Assembly (NCBI GenBank): GCA_021432655.1
Contig: MU271372.1
Coordinates: forward strand, 1 to 64,000
Direction: 5' to 3'
DNA: 64,000 bases
From: Atractiella rhizophila
Taxonomy: Eukaryota
Shown here: positions 1 to 11,725 of the stretch, piece by piece
Numbering within the stretch: position 1 is the first letter of the stretch
Layout: each line of letters begins with the position of its first letter
The notes under the pieces: generated by a model
Seen by the model: only the letters and a program-made list of their open reading frames with translations
The model's database searches: none
What the model was told of the DNA's origin: nothing
Position numbers and translations under genes: made by a program

Positions 1-857
1 TATGTTATATGTTATGACAGACGATTGTTACAAGGGAGACTTACGGCACCACAGTTTAGAGAATTTATAGACGACGGTTGTGACGAGGGAGACTCGCAGT
101 ATCACATTTATGGAAAGAGGAAAATGTAACGTCCTCCTTTCCTGAGCCGAAGACGCAGCATTGCGACTTCCCAGAGGCTTGCATGGAGGAAGTGAGATCA
201 AGCGACATTTTCACAGTCGCATCTGTGTGGTGCAACCAAGCATAAGATTGCACAAAGGGCACGTTGACTCCGTGGTAGTTCCTCACAAAATGATAGATAA
301 GTGCTGTTCCCTTCATATAACCCCTTCGAATAACGAAGTGAAGGAGATATATTTCTTCTGTCACCCCAGCCGACAGAGAATTCGTCAGTCATGTCGGTGA
401 AGGAGACAACAGTTACGATAATACTGCGATACAATATTCTCAGAATTAGAGTGAGACTGCGACTGAGATAAGGATGACGCTCTTATCATTTCATGTCGAA
501 CAAGACATTAAGGTAGGCATGAACAATATCGTATTTCCCCCTCTGCCAGACTAAGAAGACTGGGGTTGCAGTCGTCAACATCCTCAAACCCGACTCCGAC
601 ATTAATGATTGTCCACACGAGAAGCAGTAAACATTCTCATTCTGTACTGCACAATCCCATTGCGCGTAACATGATCGCTCACCAAAAATATCTTGGCGAA
701 CTCGCAGGGTCACTCCCTCAAACGACATTGCGGCTCACACTTCATTCTTTCAGAGCCTCTTCAGGTGCTGCTCTCCGTTCTAACATCCTCCATGCAATAA
801 TTCGCCCTCCTACATTCTCTTACCCTCGTCGCTGGTCTACATTGACTCATAGGAGAA

Positions 858-1766
858 TCCTTATCCTTATATATAAAACACGACGGGTTTTCCTTATCCT
901 TATATAAAAAGCACGACGGGTTTTGACCATGACTCACGCATGTACTTTTGAGCCGTTATATCACCGCTCACAACAACCCTTTCAGAATTCTGAGTATACC
1001 ACCAGAATACGCGTATCGGCGCCTTTCGAACCGTATACAGCAAAGACGATTTGAAACACGAAAAAAAATATCTTCAAAACTGAGTCAGGTGACTTCTCCG
1101 CGAGGGACGAGGGGCCGCTCAGCTTGTATATAAAACACGACGGGTTTTTAGCGTGACTCACGCATGTACTTTTGAGCACTTCTCTCACCACTCACAACAA
1201 CCCTACCAGAAATCTGAGCATACCATCAGAATACGCGTGTCGGCGCCTTTCGATCCGTATGCAACAAAGTCGATTTGAAAGATGAAAAAAAAATTGTTTT
1301 CCTTACTGCCTCAAGTGACTCTTGGCCCACAACAACCCCGTCAAAATTGTGAGCATACCACCAGAATACGCGTGTCAGCGCCTTTTGGACCGTACATAAT
1401 AAAGCTTATTTAAAGGATAAAAAATAATTGTGTGTTAAGTTGGTACTTAGGGTAAGTTTTCCTTACCTACTTAACATTGGGTTTTAGGAAAGACTCTGTG
1501 CGATGGTGTAGTTGGTGTTAAGTGACAGTGTGACATAATTTTGTTTTGGTGTCGGTTCGATTCTCTGTTCCCTCACATTTGTCACTCTTGAAGCTGTGAG
1601 TGCCTGCACACAATTTAACAGATAATGTAGTTCCAAAGAAGTGTTATGAGTACTCAATCACTGATTATCTCTCAGCATGTTCATAACAGCATAGTCAACC
1701 ACTTTTTATTGAAAAACAGCAGAAACACAATGTGGTCCCCCGAGGGACGAGGGGCCGCTCAGCTTG
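858..1766 (+). mobile_element. Non-autonomous Helitron-like element, two head-to-tail units (858-1126, 1127-1766)
   Basis: Starts A|TCCTTATCCTTATATATAAAA (Helitron-type 5' TC end, repeated at 891 and partly at 1127). An identical 27-nt end motif CGAGGGACGAGGGGCCGCTCAGCTTG|T lies at 1101-1127 and 1741-1767 (GC hairpin, 8-nt spacer, CTTG). Flanks are A857 and T1767 with no TSD. Internal imperfect repeats occur x3. Confidence 0.65.
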
Positions 1767-1831
1767 TGAGTCAAAACAACGAAAACAGCGCAGTTGATAG
1801 CGAACCAGACGGGAATGATATGGACGAGGAG

Positions 1832-2865
1832 CTAGAGACAGAAGATGCCTAGTGGAGAAATGTCTGACCAATGAGCGTTAGTTTTGGGTGCTAGTGAGGC
1901 GGGATGTTTTTCAAGAACAAGATGGTTTATGCGTGTCCAAGTTCGTGATTTGATTTCGAAGTTATTGTTTAACGTTTGGCCGTTGTAAGGCGCATAGCCG
2001 TTGGGGGGAAATGACATGAAATGTTGCTGAACGATTTGGGGAATGCCCGTCTGAAGCCTCACATAAATCAGATCGAGGGGGGTAGGTTGGGCAAGGCAAC
2101 CAACATCTCCTGTCTGTTTGCCATTTAACATGCGTCATTCCCCTCGTAGACACAGCGGTAACGGATAGATGTGTCAAAGAGAACCATAGAGAACATGTCG
2201 CATGCCAAAGCAGAAAGAGCAATAAAGATGGTTAACAGCTGAATCCCGCCAACGATGCTCACTTGAACTCTGAAAAGGTGCAGTTCCTTGTCTTACACCC
2301 ATCCCTCCCTGTAGCCGTACACCTGCCAGCTTTAACTTCAGGGACCTATCACGCAAGTCAATTCCTCATTCAGGGAGGAGAAGAATCTTGGACGAACATC
2401 TGTCATGTTTTCGAAGCCCCTCCAATCTATACACGCAGTGCAGACCAATCCCGCTCCATCGCAGGAACGCTCCGGATAGAACTCGCACGTCAGCCCGTCG
2501 CTTGTGATGGCAGAGAAGAGTGATTTGACCCATGGGTCGGGGACTCCCTGAACCGTTCGTTCATCATAGTTAATCTAACCAGGAAGAAACTCTGAAGGAG
2601 TGCCTCACGTAGCAGGTGCCTAGTGGGGAAAGGTCGAAGGTCTCGCAGTATCCTTCGTAGCTCGTGTCTCCTTCAGTGCGAGAACAGCGTCAGAATAAGC
2701 TGAGGGATAAAGGAAGGAAGGAAACGGACCACAAAGTTTGAGGAGAGTGCCTTGATCCAAGGTTGAAATGGTATCATTTGAGCTGGAGAGTGACGATGCA
2801 GCCTTTGGTAGAATTGGGAGTTGAAGAGCGCCAACGGCGGCAAAAGAGAGGGAGAGGAAGAGCAT
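1832..2865 (-). CDS. Possible multi-exon secreted protein or pseudogene, function unknown
   Basis: Signal-peptide-like start MLFLSLSFAAVGA, then open Cys-containing stretches (TCEFYPERSCDGAGLVCTAC). Exon structure not resolved. Confidence 0.3.
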
Positions 2866-3397
2866 TATTTCGTTTCAGATATTGCAAACAAGAGTGGGGA
2901 TCCAGAAACGCGAAACTGGGATTTGCTCCATTATCGCTTTCATCTGCTTTTATGGTGCCAGAATGAATGATCGCTTCTTACGTCGCGCACCACGCTGGCG
3001 TAGCATTTACGAGCCAATTTTTCAATAGGACGTAGAATGGGAATGAGATGTGGAATTGCGCCTGAATCCCTAAGGAGCAATGAGTGGGGAGGGTAGCAAC
3101 CCTTCGGAACGCCGTCATGCACCAATACGATGGGTGACCTTGGCCGCATTCTGGCTGGTTTGCTTGTTAGCACCAAAATAGACGCAGAACAGAAATTGTG
3201 ATGCGAATGCCAATACAATGGGCTCGCATCCAGTTGGGGCCAACTTCAACTGGAGAGACGGAGGACGCCAAGGTGACGTAATACTTCCTCCCATATTAAG
3301 ACAGCTCACTTCTGTTATGCACAGATGCTGCAAAACACACTAGTAGTCCTTGTAATCACCAATTTCCAGACCAATTCCTCTCATACTCCCTCCAATC

Positions 3398-3709
3398 ATG
3401 GGAATTGTATGCAGGTGCGTCGGTCATCCAGGCTCCCAACACAAAGCTCAAGGAGACATATTGGCAGTCTAATAGCAGACCTCTTTCGCTGCATCGGGGA
3501 CTCTATCGTTTTTATATTTGATGCCATAGCTTCATTCCTCGTAGCTATCGTGGATTGCATCGTTTGTGAGTTCTCCCGCGACCCTTTACTCGAAATACAG
3601 GGAGGCTTGAACTGATTTGGTCTTGGGAACAGCGGCGTTTGTCTGTTTCTTCGATACACTGGGCGATATACTGTGCTGCAGATGTGGTTCCAGAAGAGTG
3701 TATTACTAG
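3398..3709 (+). CDS. 63-aa small hydrophobic protein with Cys-rich basic tail (3 exons)
   Basis: Removing two canonical introns (gtgcgt..ggcag, gtgagt..aacag) gives MGIVCSLIADLFRCIGDSIVFIFDAIASFLVAIVDCIVSAFVCFFDTLGDILCCRCGSRRVYY*. Confidence 0.8.
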
Positions 3710-3824
3710 CACTCGAGGATTGAAGGAGAACTGGATCAATTTAGAGAAATGTGAGGAGACTCAATGTGGATCTTGGTTAATCATTCGTGTTTGTTTGTCT
3801 GCCATATCTTGATGGGAGTATATA

Positions 3825-4032
3825 TTATGTTCCGCCGTCCTGATACATTGTTGAAGATTCGTCAATTCTACTGGAACAATGATGCAGCATTCAAGTCAAC
3901 TGCCTACTTTGAACACGGCACCAGGAATATGTGCGTTGAATTTTGATTCCTCTCTGTCTTAACAGGCTTTGTAAGTCAATCCCCACGGTATTATTCCAGC
4001 GTTCCAGACCACAACACATAATTCCTCTCTAA
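3825..4032 (+). pseudogene. 3' fragment of the Xi-class GST gene (paralogue of ~51375-51597)
   Basis: IRQFYWNNDAAFKSTAYFEH and ...aatccccacggtattattccagc...attcctctctaa align with the last two GST exons (LRQLYWKNDAFNSTTNFEH, VNPHGIVPAGP). Confidence 0.8.
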
Positions 4033-4574
4033 ATATTGTTAATTCTGAATCTGTAATATTTGAACCACTTGTGTCTCACGTCGCTTCTTTGCTATTGATT
4101 CTTACAAGAGGCAGTCATGTCCGCTCCCAGTCCACGCCTCACAACAATCGTGAAGAAATAGAGGCGGCCCTTGCTTCTTAGCTCTCCAGCACCACTTCTC
4201 AGCGACCACACCAGCTCCAGTTCCAGCTCTCTCAGGGCAAGCTGCAACAACACTATCTACTGGTCCCAGGTTCCATTTCAGAATCATCCTGACGTAGGTC
4301 GTATTGTCGAAAGTCCAATGAAAATTGTGAGCCAAGCAAGAAGGTACGAGTTGAGAACGGTGGTGAGGAGGGGTACTGAGGAAAGAGCAGTCATGAGCAA
4401 AGGGCTGATAGCGATGACGAAGTGCAGGGATGAAACGGCGGAGGCGATGTTTTCTCAGGGATCTTCGCTCATTTATAGACTGACGAGTTTAACTGTAGCT
4501 GCTACGGATCCTTTCTGTCTGCTCAGCACAAGAGTGCTTTCTGGCAACGAATATGTTACAAACTTCGCAGCAGC

Positions 4575-6017
4575 TCAGTAATTCGTTCTGTCATTTAAAC
4601 CCAACCAACTAAACCGCAGTTGGTGTATGACCCATGTATCAGTGAAAACACACACCTTTTGTTCTGTTCGACGAACTCTTGGTAAGTGTCGAAGGCTGTG
4701 CCCGTAAAGCGGGCAAACTTAGAGAACATAAGTCAGAAAAGAAGCAAGGCAATAAATTGAAGAGTGCTAACCTCCTGGAGAACTTGAAGAATACCGGGTA
4801 TCTTGCTGCCATCATCCTGTTCTAACTGAACTGAAAATTGCATCCCTCCATTGATATTGTTGGACATATTTGTTGTGAAGACGTCGCTAGAGCTCAAAGT
4901 AGACGGTGCATAAAAATTGGGAGCGTTGGACGATAGCGCGGATGCCGTCCAGCCTAGAAGGATCCCCTCAGCAGATACGCCCTAAAACAAGTCAATTTTA
5001 GCGGAAACCCACTTGCCGACATTAACTTGACAATTCTGACCTGAAATGATGGTACGTGTTCCTGCGTTTTATGCCCTCCGACATGAACGTGTATGCCAGA
5101 CCCGTCAAAATCAAGGCTGTTGAAGCTCTCGGCAATTTGTGTGCCTGAGCTAGGGAGGCCAGTTGGACCATCAGGATGGGCGGCGAGAAACTAATACCAG
5201 AGGTTAGTCAACTAAAATAACAGCGGCTCAGGTTCACACCTGAGGGGAAGGAGCGGGGCCATTTTGGCGTGTCTGATTGTCAGCACCCCGTCAGGCTCTG
5301 CTAAATAGCGAAACAGAACCAACATACACTTTGTCTACTCCAGCTCTCACAAACCCTCTTGAGGGCAGGGAATCCGTTAAATCTCCCACAAGAAACAGCA
5401 ATATGTTGAGCGATTACTCCTGGCTTCTTCATAGGAGGTTGTCGCACCCTGAGGTTCGTAGGAAGTCTGTCCTGATCGAAGACAAATCTCTGGCCGAAAA
5501 ATTCGAACTTGTTCTTGCAGCTTCCCCCATCATCTAAGTGGCTGCAGTGGCCAACAGAATCAGCCAAAAAGAACGCCATTCCTTTCAGCCAGTTTTTTCG
5601 ATCATTGAGCAAAGTAATCGAGGTCTCACTCTTGCCGTCGCTCCAGATTTTGATGAGAAGAATATCTGGATATGCGTCTTTCGGGAAATGCAAGAGCTCC
5701 GCGCCAGGGGAACTAGTCTCAGAAATCAATCCATTATTGAAGAAATATTGGCGATGTATTTCGCTTCGGCGATAGCTGAGAAAGGTGTAAACATTTCCTT
5801 GGGGCTTGACCGCTAGAATTGCGCGTCTTCCGTGGTTGTTGACATCGAATGGGAAATATGTCCTTTCGAGGCAGAATGCTCGACGTAATGGTTCTGGTGC
5901 GCTTAGCAGAAATTCGTACCGACGCGATCCCTCAGACATTATGCCTCGCAAGACATCCAACAATTGGGAGTGGGATAACCCAAGGACGGACCGATAAGGA
6001 GGGGCTCTCATGCTCAC
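4575..6017 (-). CDS. Uncharacterised multi-exon protein, apparently intact; paralogue of 52350-53760
   Basis: Long first exon (track ORF 5301-6017) plus short GT-AG-bounded exons that stay in frame to WLGLNDRTNY*. Clear nucleotide and protein similarity to the 52-53.7 kb copy. Confidence 0.65.
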
Positions 6018-6974
6018 AAGGACCTATATATACTTATACTACATCGTGCCACTGTTTGAGAACGAGGAATATTTGCAGAGACGGGGCTTTTATAGCCTTG
6101 TGAAGGTTTCCCTAACCCTAGAACGTTCAAATCGCTCAGGTCGACTTTCATTAATTTCATTTAGGTAGCCAAACGGCGCAGCACTACCTACAGAAGCAAC
6201 CTCTCAATTGCAGTCCCACTGGCTCTCAAATTCGAACTGTTCAAGCAATTGAGGTGAACGGAAAACATCGACCTCAAATTCTCCCGTTTCATTGTGCAGA
6301 AGCAATTGAAGGCGAACGGAAAACAAAGACACTCAAATTATAAATTGCTCAAGTCGACCCCCCTATTTCATTGTGCAGACGACCCAAACAGACCAAATGG
6401 ATGTTCTCGACGACATCGAGAACTCATTCAGTCTACAGCGTGTGGCTGCTGTGAAGCGAGAAACGAACGAGGAGATAGGCCGGTCTTTGAATGAGCGCGA
6501 ACGTACGTCGCTTGAATTAATGAATGACAACCACCCTCACCCACCTCACTCCAACCTGCTCGCTATATTCACTACTTCAAATCAATAATCCCTCCCTCCC
6601 AGTACCAGCTCCCTTCAACATCCCTTCTATGCTTACTGAGAGCCTGTAAATCCTCTATTGGGAGTAAGCGTTCTGCCCTGATATGAGGTCTTGCTTTTGG
6701 CTCCATCACTTCGAAACTTCATATTGCACACGGTTCAGCCCAGCCAAAAGCATCACTCACACCCCTCTCAGTAACCTTTGGAAGCGAGTCAGAGTGGAGC
6801 CGCATGCAAAGATCTCCTTTTGGGTAAATGTTCAGTGTCTGGAGTGTGGTCAAAGATGGTTTGGACGGTTAGCGGTGGAATTGAAGGTTGGTTGTGATTC
6901 AACGAGCACCATTCCCATCATACGCTCGAATTAGCTCATCTGTAACGGGGAATGATCATGCACAAACACACACC

Positions 6975-7995
6975 GGCTTTCAAGGCCTCACAGGTCTAGC
7001 TCCACCTCCGAGTGGCAAGCAGCCCTCCTCCTCACCCGGTTACAAGTCCCCTGTCCCTCAGGAGCGTGTCAATCCTGCATCTCATCTACTCCGGGCACCT
7101 TCTGTAATGCATTCGTGGTCTGCTCCCTCCGTGACATCGATGACAGTCTACCCTTCGCTATTAAGTTTATCCCTTATCCAAATATGTCCTCTGCCTCCTT
7201 CTCCCCCTCTCCTGTAGGTGGGCTCCATAGCAAGAGAAGCGCATGAGGTTACAGCGCCTCTGCAATCCATGATTATTGCCCAACCTCTTCGAGCATCGAA
7301 GCCGAAGCTTTTGACGCAGCTTTCCTAGCCTCATTTCCCTCTGTTCTTGGATCCTCAGCGTGACCGCAATCGTTCCTGCAGACTAAGAAAGCAAGACCTT
7401 CCTGAAAGATGTGATACAGCCCATTCTATTCTGGATCCGTTCGTTCTTCTCCTACTCCGCCGCTGAAATGATCACCAAGGATGAGGGACGAATTCACTCC
7501 GTCCAGAATTTGATTCGACTCCTACGTAGGTGGGGTGGCAGCGACTGGGTTTGGTGCTGATTCTTTCGCCGTGTAAATGCCTGCGGAAGTGTTAGCCTTG
7601 TCTCTCACTCCTCGATCCTTGCGCTGCACCTCTTTATCCATCCGCGGCGGCGAATTAGCCTACCACTCTCCCAGATTCACTTTCTATCCCCCCATCATTC
7701 CCTCATACTGATAGTGCAATCCTTCCTAGTTCGCGAGACAGGTCAACCGTAGCCACAAGCAGCAACGTACAGGGCTGCCTTCTAGTTCTACGGCGCAGAG
7801 TGAGCGTTGAGGAGGACGGGGCGACAGGCCGCGACAGGAGACAGAGAGTAAGGCTGAGTAAGGAAGGAGGACTGGAACGCGGGATCGTCGGGGCTTGAAG
7901 GGCTGCGGAGTGAGAACGGAGGAGTGGCAGAAGTTGATCTGGGAAAGAGCCAGGGAAGTCAGCAGGAGCAGGAAGTAGCCCCAAGGGTGCAACAA
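6975..7995 (-). pseudogene. Degenerate gene of unknown family (paralogue of 54746-55680)
   Basis: Peptides shared with the second copy (LALSQINF, LPYSA, EGLH.QYE, NQILDG) are interrupted by stops and frameshifts. Confidence 0.45.
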
Positions 7996-8370
7996 CGATG
8001 CTTGCAGTCAGCGTATTGAGCAAGAGTGGACGCAGAAGCAAGCGGCTTTTCAATCAAGCGTGTTTTGTCAACAATGTCCGGAGCCCTAATTTGTGATGCT
8101 ATCCCTCACATGGGAGGTTTTGGGTACTTGAATTTGATTGCTTCCAGCTGTACACCTCAGTATTTTCACTAAATAAAACCTAACAAAGAGAGAAATCGCA
8201 CAACAGGATTCCTTCTGTTCATCATCAAAACAACACCGAAAGACTTCGAACTTATTCTGAAAATCCCGAAGGAGTTGATGTCGAAATGCAAGAAAAAGAT
8301 CCCAACGACTATTGAGCAAGTGATCAGCATCTTCTGATTTTGCAATCAGCACCAAGGTGAGAGGACGGAC

Positions 8371-10047
8371 CTAGACGGCCTTCTCCAAGTGGACCATAAC
8401 CTCTCTCACATCGTTCTCGCTGGGAACACTGGCGCTAGCGATGGAACGGTCTTCTCCGCCTCTTCCTCCCGGTGCAGCAAATCTGCACTCTCCTCCGCGT
8501 CCATTGTTTGCGATATGCAATTTAATGGCTTCTAGGTCGGGGAAGGATCTGGACTCAGCGCGCGAAAACGTGTTGGTCGACACCTATCGTACGAATAGAA
8601 GTAGCAAGTGAGACAGTATGTACGGATGAAAACCACACGGAGGCGGAGGCGAACCAACACTCCGCCCATCCCGACCTTATGCTCCATCGCCCCCGTCCCA
8701 TTCGCTCCTTTCCTCGCCACATACCGTCCGCTCCCCCCACTGCCCGTTCCTCCATTGCTGCCAGCCGAAGCTGAACTTGACGAACCCATTGCTTCTTCGT
8801 ACAAGACTAGGACGGAGACGACGTAAATTTTGGGGATGAAGAACGCGACGCTGTAGTGGTATCCGTGCTTGATGTCTCCGAACCAGATGGCGAGGTGAAT
8901 GAGTTGGAGGATGGAAGGGGTGAGCGAGGTCTCGAACGTCAGGCGGATCCACTGTCGCCATCACATCACCATCACCATTCAGTTTTCTCGTTTCGTTTCA
9001 GCTGGGAGTGAAGTGAGGAGTAGGCTCACCCTGTTGACCATCTCTCGCGTCTGACCATACGACGAGATCCGTCGATTCTTCAGGAGGTAGTAGGTGAAGA
9101 TCCCACACAGCAACACGTCCGCGACTGCGGCTCCTCCCAACCAGAACGAGCTTGGCAGACTGTTGGATCAGTTGTATCGTCAACGCTTCTTCAATAATTC
9201 GACAAGAAAGGGAGAACGGACTAAAGGACGGGTATCCATTCGGGGATGGGACGGTCCAGGACGATGATGCATGTCCAGACGGCGCCGACCAAGCCTGTTA
9301 TCGAGAACATTGGGGCTATTGCCAGTGCGCTGCCAAAGCAGACTATTCAACTTTCCATGCCAGTCCAGAAATTTAGGAAAGACGAACATGTAAGTTCCGA
9401 GCAGGTTGCCGCCTAATTGCTTTCCTCCCATCTGGCTCCTCCGCACCAAATTCAAGATCCTATGGCGTCATAAGACCTCTTATTTGAGAGTGGCAAATGG
9501 GAAAGGAACAAACCTTCGAATGTATACCACATGCGTGAGAGAAGCAATGAAGGCGTCCAAGAACACACCTCCGAACGCAGATGGCAGATGGAGGTGCGTC
9601 ACCAAGGAAAATGAGGACACCTTTCTCTGCCGCTCCACTCACGAGGGCCGAAAGGTTGAGAGCTTTCGAAACGCTGTTTCACAGTCTCGTATTAATTTTC
9701 TCTCGTGCAGAAATTGGGTAGAAAACACACGTTTCGCCGAGGTTGGCACCTAGGAGGACGAGAAGGAGGAACCAGGTGAGTTTTGACCGGTTCTCTTGAT
9801 TGCGGAGGAGGCGAAAGACGTTATTACTGTACTTCCCATAAGTTGGTCCCATTCTGTTATGGTAAAGCAGGAGAAGAAAGACGGACAATTGCAAGATGGT
9901 GATTCCAAACAGAGTGAAATTGATCAACGCACCGACAACTACAGGACGGAGCAGCGAGACGTAGAGATCGGGCGTGAAAGGTAGGAAGGTTGGTGGTGCT
10001 CCTGGTCCTGAGTCGGAGGATGGAGGGAGGTTAGGTTCCATAGACAT
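8371..10047 (-). CDS. Multi-pass membrane protein, DUF6534-like
   Basis: N-terminal TM VVVGALINFTLFGITILQ. C-terminal segments AAADVLLCGIFTYYL and FETSLTPSILQLIHLAIW...FFIPKIYVVSVL match my recollection of the basidiomycete DUF6534 pattern. Several short introns. Confidence 0.65.
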
Positions 10048-11725
10048 TGCGTTCTTTTCGAGGACTTCATGTTTAACAGTAGGATCAGCTTACGAATAGA
10101 GCACGACGGAGTGGAAGTTGGCGGACTCACCAAGCTGATCAAGAAGCTGAGGCGGAAAGACCTGGAGGGGATTGTCTGGCTCGTCCATGCCTTTTAAAAT
10201 GAGAAAGAAGCATTTCGAGGAGCGAGTACGTCACTGAGCGCGCCTCCTCAACGCCTCACCACAGTCGTTTACTCGCGCTCTAATCACCTCCAACTCGAAA
10301 GCTGAACCACTCGACATTGAGGTGACCCTTCTTCGTCCTGATTCTCGATCGACATCGTCGACATGTTATGTAAACCGCTCCGTCCACGCCTTCGATTCAG
10401 CTTCCACCAGCCACAAAGAAGAAGTAGTTGACATCCCTGGATCCAATGGCCAAGCGACGGTTACAAACAGAAGCACCGTTTTAACGACCTTGATTTCAAG
10501 TTTCAAAGAGGAGGGCTTCAGAAGCAATTTCAGAAGCTACTTACAGACAATCTAGAGTTGTAATCGTCGCAAACAATACAACTGGCAGGAACTCGCTTTG
10601 ACAAGTTTGACAGAGTGACAGAAGAAGCATGCTGTCATGAGCTTGTCGATTTAGCGGAACGAAGCAGGTCTTGCACAGTGGGTCGGGTGACCATTCTCGA
10701 ACAAGGGTCAGAGTCGGAGAGAAAAAACGCCTCGTCTTTCATCAGAAAGAATCCTGGAAAGAATCACCACTTCAAAAGATAACTCACGCCTTGTTTGAGG
10801 AAGTTTTGCAGCACGTGCACCACGGGTTCCGATCGGTAGCCCACTCCAAAAGTTGTTCTAGGTCCTCAAACAGCCATCATTAACAGGTATCCATTCTGGC
10901 CTTTTGGCTTAGATCAAGTGTAGTATCTGTTCTTTGAAGTGTAATTGCTTCAAAGCCTCATCGAGGCTTATAAATCAATTACTCTAATCTTTCCCTGCCT
11001 GTGGAGTCACCTTGGGCTTGCTCAAGGCCTCCACACGATGTCCTTGCCCTTACACTACCGGCTTGTGATGTCAAGGCACTCTACTTTTTTCGTCTTCAGT
11101 TGCGAGAGTGGTATAATATAGCAATGCTTAAGAGCTTGGTAACATCTCATCCTAATGAGGTCGTATTTGATTGTTAGGCAAAACTTGGAACCTCTGACTA
11201 TCTTAAAAAGTGATTGCCAAGGCTCTCTATCGTAAAGACCCCAGGTTACCTCAAACAGTGATGTTGCAAGAAAGGTCTCGAAATACCCGCACGATCCAGC
11301 CGCAAAGAATAACGCTGCTGAACATCTGTCTGCACATCAGGTCCGCGAGAAACCGTCCTCGGGTTTTGCCAACCCCTTCCGCCTTTTCCAAACATTCGAT
11401 GTCTCTACAGGATGAGATTTGGAGATGTCAGAGCCAGGGAGGGTTGGATTCCTTGACGATGTTCTTCGGAGCCTATGATGTGAATCGAAAAGCTGTCGAT
11501 CTGAAAGAATGCCACGCCAACAGATGGAAAACAATGAAGGACTTAGTTAGAGATAAGGCTGCAACTATGCTATGATCTATCCTTCGCTACCTGCAGAATC
11601 AAACGTCATATCTGATTCGAAAGTGAAGGTCCCTCCACAGGCCACTACTCAGTTTATTAGCTTTCAGACGTTGTGCAAGAATTGGTTCAAATATAGCTCT
11701 TCGTCAGATATTTCTCATTTATAAG

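Noticed and set aside
6110..6121. Telomere-like CCCTAACCCTA
   Set aside because: Fewer than two full repeats; expected by chance.
10880..11575. ORF 11210-11575 and upstream fragments
   Set aside because: No recognisable motif or consistent splice model.
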